64,000 nt of DNA from positions 372,001-436,000 of the forward strand of contig CATNEN010000007.1 of NCBI GenBank assembly GCA_950097015.1, written 5' to 3'. A model generated the notes under the pieces. That model was not told the DNA's origin, ran no database searches, and was given only the letters and a program-made list of their open reading frames with translations. The DNA comes from Macrostomum hystrix (Eukaryota; Animalia; Platyhelminthes). Below, one piece after another: positions 10,391-20,800 of this stretch (its first letter is position 1; every line of letters starts with the position of its first letter). The translations under genes were made by a program, and so were the position numbers.

Positions 10391-13300
10391 ATGGCAACTA
10401 ATTCTTTGTCTGCCGGGCTAACAATAGTCCGCCTGCAACAGCTGCCAGTCATGCGTAAGCTGCTGCTACAGCCTGCCAGACTGCTTGCCACGACCGCGAA
10501 GGACGCCTCGAATCGGGCGCAGCGGCAGCACCGTCTGGCAATATTTGTTGCCGAGAAGGAGCGCCAATTAAAGCTTCGAGAGGCTGCCGCGCCTGCTCGC
10601 ACTATCGAAGTGTCAGTGCCTGCCTCAAAGTTCACCAGCTTCAAGCTGGACGCCGGCGCCACTCCAATGGATGTTGCCAAGAAGCTGGAGGAATCAGGCG
10701 GTCTGGTTGCGCGTGAATCCGCCTTGGCTATGCTCAACGAGCAGCATTACTGGAGCATGCACCGGCCCATTGCTCATTCATGCTCCATCAGATTCTTGCA
10801 GTTGAGCAAGAAACCTGCTGCCGATAAGCAGGAAGCGATGGGTTCGTTATTCTGAACTTCAGTCCTATCAGATTCACAGCTGCCACACCTCTGATTCCTC
10901 AGTTTGAGTCACAGCTGCCACACCTCCGTTTCCTCAGTTTCAGCTGCCACACCTCCGATTCCTCAGTTTCAGCTGCCACAACTCCGATTCCTCAGTTTCA
11001 GCTGCCACAACTCCGATTCCTCAGTTTCAGCTGCCACAACTCCGATTCCTCAGTTTGAGTCACAGCTGCGACGCCTCTGATTCCTCAGTTTGAGTCACAG
11101 CTGCCACACCTCTGATTCCTCAGTTTGAGTCACAGCTGCGACACCTCTGATTCCTCAGTTTGAGTCACAGCTACCACACCTCTGATTCCTCAGTTTGAGT
11201 CACAGCTGCCACACCTCCGATTCCTCAGTTTGAGTCACAGCTGCCACACCTCTGATTCCTCAGTTTGAGTCACAGCTACCACACCTCCGATTCCTCAGTT
11301 TGAGTCACAGCTACCACACCTCTGATTCCTCAGTTTGAGTCACAGCTGCCACACCTCCGATTCCTCAGTTTGAGTCACAGCTGCCACACCTCTGATTCCT
11401 CAGTTTGAGTCACAGCTGCCACACCTCCGATTCCTCAGTTTGAGTCACAGCTGCGACACCTCTGATTCCTCAGTTTGAGTCACAGCTGCCACACCTCTGA
11501 TTCCTCAGTTTGAGTCACAGCTGCCACACCTCTGATTCCTCAGTTTGAGTCACAGCTGCCACACCTCTGATTCCTCAGTTTGAGTCACAGCTGCGACGCC
11601 TCTGATTCCTCAGTTTGAGTCACAGCTACCACACCTCTGATTCCTCAGTTTGAGTCACAGCTGCCACACCTCTGATTCCTCAGTTTGAGTCACAGCTGCG
11701 ACACCTCTGATTCCTCAGTTTGAGTCACAGCTGCCACACCTCCGATTCCTCAGTTTGAGTCACAGCTGCCACACCTCCGATTCCTCAGTTTGAGTCACAG
11801 CTGCCACACCTCTGATTCCTCAGTTTGAGTCACAGCTGCGACACCTCTGATTCCTCAGTTTGAGTCACAGCTGCGACACCTCCGATTCCTCAGTTTGAGT
11901 CACAGCTGCCACACCTCTGATTCCTCAGTTTGAGTCACAGCTGCCACACCTCTGATTCCTCAGTTTGAGTCACAGCTGCGACACCTCTGATTCCTCAGTT
12001 TGAGTCACAGCTGCGACACCTCTGATTCCTCAGTTTGAGTCACAGCTGCCACACCTCCGATTCCTCAGTTTGAGTCACAGCTGCGACGCCTCTGATTCCT
12101 CAGTTTGAGTCACAGCTGCCACACCTCTGATTCCTCAGTTTGAGTCACAGCTGCCACACCTCTGATTCCTCAGTTTGAGTCACAGCTGCCACACCTCTGA
12201 TTCCTCAGTTTGAGTCACAGCTGCGACACCTCTGATTCCTCAGTTTGAGTCACAGCTGCGACACCTCTGATTCCTCAGTTTGAGTCACAGCTGCCACACC
12301 TCTGATTCCTCAGTTTGAGTCACAGCTGCCACACCTCCGATTCCTCAGTTTGAGTCACAGCTGCCACACCTCCGATTCCTCAGTTTGAGTCACAGCTGCG
12401 ACACCTCTGATTCCTCAGTTTGAGTCACAGCTACCACACCTCTGATTCCTCAGTTTGAGTCACAGCTGCGACACCTCTGATTCCTCAGTTTGAGTCACAG
12501 CTGCCACACCTCTGATTCCTCAGTTTGAGTCACAGCTGCCACACCTCCGATTCCTCAGTTTGAGTCACAGCTGCCACACCTCCGATTCCTCAGTTTGAGT
12601 CACAGCTGCGACGCCTCTGATTCCTCAGTTTGAGTCACAGCTGCCACACCTCCGATTCCTCAGTTTGAGTCACAGCTGCCACACCTCCGATTCCTCAGTT
12701 TGAGTCACAGCTGCCACACCTCCGATTCCTCAGTTTGAGTCACAGCTGCCACACCTCTGATTCCTCAGTTTGAGTCACAGCTGCCACACCTCCGATTCCT
12801 CAGTTTGAGTCACAGCTGCCACACCTCTGATTCCTCAGTTTGAGTCACAGCTGCCACACCTCCGATTCCTCAGTTTGAGTCACAGCTGCCACACCTCTGA
12901 TTCCTCAGTTTGAGTCACAGCTGCCACACCTCTGATTCCTCAGTTTGAGTCACAGCTGCCACACCTCCGATTCCTCAGTTTGAGTCACAGCTGCGACACC
13001 TCCGATTCCTCACAGACCGCAGGGCCTGCCACATTGCTCTGTGGCGCTCAGGTGCCATGCTGCTCGGCTCGCTATTCGAGACAGCCTTCAAGGAGGAGTT
13101 CCGAGTGCACCTGATTAGCAGCCCGACGCCTCACTTTCCCACTGGCAGTTTTGTCTACGATTGCCAGGTGAGGCATTCGGCTGAGTTGGGATTTTTCTCC
13201 CAGTGAGTTAGGTCATATTTCATAGGTTTTCCTAATCCCCGCACAGGTGACCAAGAGACTGGGACTGCAGCACAGTGTCCTGCAGCTCAGCGGCGGTCAT

Positions 13301-14449
13301 TGCCTGTCGGCCTGGTCGCCGAGTCAAGCAGAGCTTCGCGCCCTGAGCCGATCGGCCCTGTCGCTGCTGGAGGCCGACGCGGCGTTTGAATGGCTCGACG
13401 TCCCAGTGCCTGTTGCCCTGGAGATGTTCAAGCACAATCCCTACAAACTTGCCATCGCTAAGCGAGCCGCCAATGCTGTAATGGGTGAGGAAATTAGACC
13501 TTCAGACCAGAGATTACCTGGCTGCTGACCCTTCAGACCAGAGATTACCTGGCTGCTGACCCTTCAGTCAGAGATTATCTGGCTGCTGACCCTTCAGATC
13601 AGAGATTACCTGGCTGCTGACCCTTCAGTCAGAGATTACCTGGCTGCTGACCCTTCAGTCAGAGATTACCTTGCTGCTGACCCTTCAGACCAGAGATTAC
13701 CTGGCTGCTGACCCTTCAGTCAGAGATTACCTGGCTGCTGACCCTTCAGTCAGAGATTACCTGGCTGCTGACCCTTCAGACCAGAGATTACCTGGCTGCT
13801 GACCCTTCTGTCAGAGATTACCTTGCTGCTGACCCTTCAGATCAGAGATTACCTGGCTGCTGACCCTTCAGATCAGAGATTACCTGGCTGCTGACCCTTC
13901 AGACCAGAGATTACCTGGCTGCTGACCCTTCTGTCAGAGATTACCTGGCTGCTGACCCTTCAGAATGGATTTGACTTTCTATCGCCATGGATTTCCTCTT
14001 GCCCAACCGCAGGTGGTGAAAGCCTTGGCAGTCAGGCTTCGCTTCAACAGCAGAATGTGAATCGCAAGCAGCAGCCTTCCACAGCTCGGGAGGCCTCCGT
14101 ATTGGTCGCCCGAGTCGGCGACTTCGTCGATCTGTACGGCACGGGCAACCTGCTGGCCCGCACCGGCCAAATCAGCAGCCTGCTGGTGGCAGCCGTGCAT
14201 CGCATCGAGTCGCCCGACTTTGGTCCGCTGACTCGCATTCAGGGCATCGCCGCCGCCGACATGTCAGCAGCCGAGGTGGCCGACTGGGCCGATACCGCGC
14301 TAGAGAAGGCGTCTGTCTTGAATGTCACCTACCCGCCCACCAAGCTGCCTCCTGTCAATGCCACGACGCCTCCGCCAGCGACGCCGACAGCCGCGCCAAG
14401 ACCTGAAGCCAGCCGTAGAGGACCAAAGCGAGCCGAAGGAACTGTATGA
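10391..14449 (+). CDS. MRPL39: Mitochondrial ribosomal protein L39; exons 10391-10841, 13016-13167, 13247-13484, 14013-14449, about 425 aa
   Basis: TGS-like TPMDVAKKL...YWSMHRP; LWRSGAMLLGSLFETAFKEEF..SFVYD; WSPSQAELRALS..VALEMFKHNPYK; RVGDFVDL...AVHRI..RIQG. These match the ThrRS-N-terminal-like mL39 family. Splice phases sum to an intact frame. Confidence 0.85.
10875..13010. repeat. 35-bp minisatellite, about 60 copies, filling MRPL39 intron 1
   Basis: Unit cagctgccacacctctgattcctcagtttgagtca with SNP variants (ctgcc/ctgcg/ctacc; tctga/tccga). Confidence 0.97.
13497..13965. repeat. 31-bp minisatellite, about 15 copies, in MRPL39 intron 3
   Basis: Unit ccttcagaccagagattacctggctgctgac. Confidence 0.95.
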
Positions 14450-15069
14450 GCTAGGTCAACGGAAAATCAAAGTGCAGTCGCCGAAATTCAAATTAATTAT
14501 AAGGCTATTGTTTGATTTTCAGCCTCGATTTGATTTCTAGTTCAGACCACTAGAAAAATTGATAATGAAATTGCATTTTTACCTGTCTCTTAATGAATGA
14601 AGGGTTTAGTGTTTGCTTGTCTCCTTTAGCTTTCTGACTGTCTACTTGTCTTGTGTTTAAAACAATTGCGAATAAACAAGTTTAGACAAAATTTGGCCGC
14701 TGTTGTTGTTAGTTTGGCCTCTCAAAGGCAAATTTAACTCGGTGTTTCCTTGTTTATCTCTTTTAGAGTATATTTGATATATCCCAGCCGATTGTGCAAA
14801 CGAATCTGAGATCCAGCAACAACGCCGGCCCGGACGGCCACCTCCGTGATCTTCGGATCGGTCGCCAGATCTCGCAGCTTGTTTGAATGATCGCGCAGCC
14901 GCGGCTTCCATTAGTCGACCCTCATGATCGACTCGCGAGCAGCTGACAAGCGATATGAGGAACGGCGCCCAAGCCGGCTTGGAACTTGGAACTGATATTT
15001 TGACTGTATTCCGCTAACAATATTCAGCATGCATGCGAAACAGAACTGCGTGATCCCATGTACTGAAGT

Positions 15070-16545
15070 AGTAGTATCTTTTCGCACAACCAGTTGGAAT
15101 TGAAGTTCCGTGTCCCTATGTGGTAGTACGAGGGGTGTCCAAAAAGTAGTGGGAATTTTCAACGTAGCTCATAATCGGATTCAGACACATTAAATTCACG
15201 TTTTATGAAATCGGATTTATGTATCTCTGTAATATTTTTTTTTGCCTTTATCTTCTGGCATTCAAAAGTTATGAACAATTTAGTGCAGTTCCCCAGGATA
15301 CATCTTACAGAAACTTTAACAAGTAGTCATTACGACGAAACATGACAACAAACTATCAATCGTAATCCCATTGAAGTTCATCTTAACGTCAACTCAAATG
15401 TCCTTTTCATCAGGGATTGAGACCTTCTCCACGTAGTCGCCTTTGCAGCTGATGCACTTCTCCCAGCGAGTGCGCAACGAATCAATTGCATGAGCGCATT
15501 GCTTCTTGGGAATCGCAAAAACAAGGATGCGCCGAACCTCTTCTTCAAGGCAGTGACGATTCGCGTAGACTTTGCCTCGAAGCAGCTCCTTCAGTCTCGG
15601 TAAAAGACAAAAGTCTGCTGGCGCCAAGTCAGGGGAGTGGGGTGGGTGAGGCAAGAATTCAAACTTCATGCCCTGAATTGCCTCCACTGTCTTTGAAGCC
15701 GTGTGCGGTCGGGCATTGTCAGGGTGGGGAACTGAGGCTTGATTCCAGTGCGCCGTTTATTGTGGATGTCAGTCTTAAGCTTCTTCAGAGACAAGATGTA
15801 GCGCTCCGCATTGACAGTTGTGTTTGGCTCTAGGAAATCGATTGTCAAGGGGCCGTGACAATCGAAAAAAAGCAGCAGCATCAGTGGATGTCCGACATGT
15901 TTGCACAATCTTCGGATACTTCAAATGCGCAAGTTGACAAATGCTTGGCTGAGCTGACTTGCATCTAAAGCTTGAGATTGCCTGGCTTTGGTGATGCTTG
16001 CATGAGCATAGTTCTCATGTTGAGCCCATAGACATGCTCAAGCATTTCTGTAGGCATCATCGCGTAAACTTAACGCAGAAAAAGTACAAAGCAAAACTTC
16101 CTTCATTGAAAGCCTTCAAAATGTCATCTTCTGTAAGTCGTACCCTGGGGAACTGTACTAAATGGCTCATAACTTTTGAATCCCGGAAGATATTGGCAAA
16201 AAAATGGATAAATCCGCTTTCAAGAAAAGTTAACGAAATTAATGTATCTGAATCCAACTATGAGCTACGTTGAAAATTCCCAATACTTTTTGGACACCCC
16301 TCGTATCTTGTTGCACAACCAGTTGGAACGGGATCATTCTGTGTCCCTATGCGGTAGCATCTTGTTGCACAACCAGTTGGAACTGGATTTCCGTGTCCCT
16401 ATGTGGTAGTATCTTGTTGCACAACCAGTTGGAACTGGAGTTCCGTGTCCCTATGCGGTAGCATCTTGTTGCACAACCAGTTGGAACTGGATTTCCGTGT
16501 CCCTATGTGGTAGTATCTTGTTGCACAACCAGTTGGAACTGGATT
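15070..16545. repeat. 52-bp minisatellite split by the mariner insertion
   Basis: Unit tcttgttgcacaaccagttggaactggatttccgtgtccctatgtggtagta; one copy at 15077-15128 and about 4.5 copies at 16306-16545. Confidence 0.9.
15129..16303 (-). mobile_element. Mariner-type DNA transposon with degenerate transposase
   Basis: TIRs cgaggggtgtccaaaaagta.tgggaattttcaacgtagctcata at both ends; TA duplication at 15127-8 and 16304-5. Frameshifted transposase FFDCHG..TVNAERY, HDNARPH (across the frameshift), HPPHSPDLAPADF, RWEKCI..KGDYVEK. Confidence 0.95.
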
Positions 16546-17855
16546 TTGTAATTAGCTCAACTGGGCTGCTTTTATCAGTGACTGCGCAATTAATGGAGCA
16601 TTCTGACTAAGACTCACTTTAGTTGATCACTTTTTGCCGATGGACTTCGTAGCATATTTTATATCATTTATGCTTTATTTTTTGGAGTTCTGATTTTTCA
16701 TCGCTTATCTTTTCCCATTGATTTTAGAAGACTTTAACACTAATTTAGTTTATTCTGGTCTCGTGTTCTTTACGCAAATGAGTACAGTAATAATGCTTTT
16801 CTAATTAAGTATGAAACAATGTACACTCTCATTCTCGGTCGTTCATGCGAGTAATCCTGAAGCTATTTTTAGCATCGGTTGACCCATGGAAATCCCACGG
16901 CAAGGCCTGGCAGTTCGCTATTACCAGAACACACCAGACTTGGCAAAGTGAAGTTGCTTACTCAGCCCTAGTTGAAAGGTATTTTATTCCGTAAAATGTT
17001 AATGAATTAAAGCTTTAGTTTTTTATTTCGTTTTATATTTGCTCATCATCGCAAAAATGGTAAGTTCTGGAATTGATCGCTTGCAATCTTTTTCGCACTA
17101 AAGCACAACAATAATTTTCTACGAGTATATATCGAATCGAAGTTCAGATTGCATCAAATAGTTGCGTGTATTAAAAACAAATTGGACTAAATACAGCGCG
17201 GAATCCTTCCTTCAACCCTTCTAGTCGCATCTTTTCTATCAGGAAATCCCTGTAGAAGTTCAAGTAGGTAAGAATGACGATCTAAATCCTCGTGTTAATG
17301 AGGGTGCTTATGAAAATTTAAGTACTGAAAATAGTTGCATCTCCATACATTCTCTCCAATTCAATTCTATTAGATTACATTCAACGTCCAGATTTTCCTT
17401 TCCGAAACTAGAAGAGAGAATTTAGCTTCTAGCCGGTATTTCCCGTGGTTTTCCCGCGAGATTGCCATGAAGAAGCCTTAAAGGAAACACGGTACTACGA
17501 GTAAGTGCAGTTGGTGTGCACTGCAGCGATCAGACGCCAGAGAGCGTAAATTAGCGACCGAGCCAATGTACATCGTACAAACTACTATACTCGTAGTATG
17601 TCCATAGCTTTGCCGGGCAATAAAAAGTAACAAATTAACCGCGAATCAACTCCCCTTTATACTACTTCAAAAAGTAACTTCGAACTTCGTCATGCGTTCT
17701 CGTGAAGGAAACTATAGACGTAGGATAATATTTAGTTTTAAAAAAATGTTTGGCAACTTTTTTCTGGGTATTACTCTCTCATGGCTACTCAGAAAGATGA
17801 ATGAAACCCATGTCAGAAGTCAGCAACCACAACCCGTCTGCTCCGCTGGGACACC

Positions 17856-20800
17856 ATGGTACAGGAAGAGTCGCAGAAAATGGGTTCAGTCTTAGTGACT
17901 GAGCCGCAGCTGCCAACGCTGACCATTGTGGAGCAGCCGGCACAGTTCCACCGATTTCGATACGAGTCCGAGGTGGAGAAGGAAGGCAGGGTAGGCGGTC
18001 TGCTGCTCGGAAGGAGCTCCAACAATGGAAGCAAAAGCTACACGAAGGTGCGAATCAGCGGCATCGACCCCGCACAGCACTCTCAGCTGCAGCTCATTGT
18101 GTGTACAGTGAGCGCAGAGGACAAGGCGCCGCACCCGTACTACCTTCACGGAGACAACTGCAGTGACGGCTTCTTTCTGCTCAAGAAATCCGTTAACTCC
18201 ACATTCAAGGGAGACAACTTGGATATCAGGTAACTGTTGAGATATTTAAAATGGCAATCACAGTTCCGTTTTCTCTCCAGCCACAAACCTAAAAGCTTCG
18301 GTGAATGTTTTCAAGCTTCAACAGGCTGGCCGTCATCTGCGTGCCAAAGAAGAGCAAAGATGACATCCGCCGAGGCATGGAGATCAGGCTCAAGAGTGTG
18401 CCGCCTTTGCCAGACTGTAAGTAAGCCCCGATGATTTAGAAAACCTACTTTTAAGCCATACCATTTTTTCTTTATGTAAGCAGCTGAACTTTACTGGACA
18501 GATATCGAGAAGTCGACAGTGAAGTATGACAGCCGGAATATTGACAAAATTCGCCTGGCCTTCTCCTTGTCATTCATTGACACTCTGGATCAGAACTGGT
18601 ATCTTCAAACTGTGTTCAGCGAAGAGATCGTAGCCCAAAGTAAGTCGATCTGGCAGTACCGATTGAATGGTCTTAGAGATTAGCACTAGTATTTGTTATT
18701 AAATAATCTAGGGTTCCTAATAGTAACTTAATTGTAGTTGAGGATGCTGTCATGCCGTAGTCTAATAGCACTCACGTATCGCTTTGCCGGTCAATCTAAT
18801 ATGTACATGCATCACTAACTCTCGCTCACTATGTACATGCCCCCCACGCGCACGTTGATCGTATCGGTTGCACGTTGAGGCAAATATATAAATACTGTCT
18901 CGCCCTACTTGGAGGGCTCACCTTTTTCTTCGCACCTCACACAGCTTGACTCTTGAGCTATTACATTGGCGTCGCAAGGCCGAACCATGGCCTTCCTACA
19001 ACTGCCTCCACCAGCCCACTTTAGCATCAGAGACGACCCTCACTCTGTAAGCAAGCGCTGGCAGGAGTGGTCGACCAACCTTCTGCGGTACCTGGCGGCA
19101 ACCGGCATCAAAGATGAGACGCAGAAACGCCAGATCCTTCTGTATACGGCAGGCAAAGAAGTGAGCGACCTGTAGAACGAGATCCCCACCCAGTCGCAGC
19201 AACAAGAAGGCGAGCCCGCAGCCGAGCCCACGGTCGACCAGCTGATCGCACAGTTCAGCACGCACTTCCAAGGCCGCGATAACGTCGTCTTCATTCGATA
19301 CCAGTTTCGCCACTGTCTCCAGGAAGAAGGCGAATCCATAGACGCTTGGCACAGCAGACTGTGGAGCGCCTCGGAAGCCTGCAAGTTCGAGGGTCTCCGC
19401 CAGTCGCTCATCAGGGACCAAATCGTGGCCAGCTGTCGCAGCGAGTCACTGAGGAAGCGCCTGCTGAATATCCCCAACATCAGCCTGTCGGACACTCTCC
19501 AGCTGGCCAGGACGCACGAGGCAGCAGAGAAGCAGGCGGCCATCATGACCAGGACAGCGGCAGCCTCTGAGGAAGTGGCGCAACTGCGCCGCCAGGGCCA
19601 CCCGCTGCCGGAACCTTCGCGTGAGTCGCAGCAATTTGCTAAGTGCATCCGGTGCGGCGAGCTGGGCCACAAGAGCTGCAGCAGGGCGCAAGGCAAGCGA
19701 TGCAGCAGCTGCGGCAAGGCCAACCATCTGGCCAAGGCCTGCCTCAGCAGCCGCTCGAAGATTAACTCACTGCAGCCCGAGCAGGACCAATCAGCCGACC
19801 AACAACCCAACGAGGTGTTCTGCACGCTCAGCGGCAAGGACGACAGCGCCAAGTTCGTCATCAGAATCAACGGCAGTCCGGTCCGCACACTGATCGACAG
19901 CGGAGCGAGCTGCAACGTGTTGGACATGGCGACGTTCCACAGAATCTGCCGGCCCGGCACGCCGCTTTCGCCGTCCAGCACCACAGTCTTTGCGCTTGGT
20001 GCCAGCGAGCCACTGAAGACAGCCGGCCAAACAACGCTCACTGTCAGAGCGAACCACCGCGAATTGCAGGCTAATTTCATCGTCATCAGCAGCAACTGCA
20101 CACCGATTCTCGGAAGATCGTCCAGCACAAAGCTCGGCATGCTGAGAGTCGGACCTGAAGTCAGCACGAACTCTGCGGTGGTGGCCAGCCTAGCTAAGCC
20201 GGCCAGCAGTGAGGACCAGCACCTGCCCAAGCAGCTGCAACTTCAGACAATCCTGGCGGAATTCAGCGACTGCTTTCAAGGCATCGGATGCGTGAAGGGA
20301 GTCAGCGTCACTATCAGGCTCAGGCCGGATGCCACTCCAGTCTGCCAGCCGCCATCCCGAGTGCCCGTTCACCTAAGGAATGCTGTAATCAAGGAGCTGG
20401 AAGATCAACTGGCACTGGGAATCGTCGAACGAGTGCGTGGTCCAACAGCCTGGTGCTCCAGGATGGTCGCAGTTCCAAAGGCCGAGCAGGGCGAGGTTCG
20501 CATCACCCAGGACCTCCGCGAGGTGAACAAGTACGTCATCCCAGAGAAGCAGCCTATACCCACATTCGAAGAGGTGACGGACGAGATGGCGGGCGCGACG
20601 TATTTCTCGGAGCTGGACGTCGCCAAAGCCTTCCACCAAATTGAAGTCGCCGAGGAGTCTAGAGACGTGCTAACATTCTCCTCACCCATCGGGCTCCTGC
20701 GGCTGCGCCGGCTCTGCATGGGCTTCACATCCGCCTCCGAGATCCTCCAGCGGGTGATGACCTCCGTCCTGAGTGGCCTCCCCGGCGTCCGCTGGGTGCA

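Noticed and set aside
10875-13010. CRISPR-like appearance of regular 35-bp repeats
   Set aside because: Units are directly adjacent with no unique spacers, there are no cas genes, and the array lies in a spliceosomal intron.
16860-17480. Possible MITE family shared with 25290-25400 and 26990-27280
   Set aside because: Only short, patchy similarity; I could not define TIRs or a TSD by eye.
17856-18229. Assignment of the RHD genes to NFAT
   Set aside because: RFRY, PHP..L.G..C.DGF, I.V.KK and the post-IPT KRKR fit Rel/NF-kB better than NFAT (HRAHYETE, RITGK); a phylogeny is still needed.
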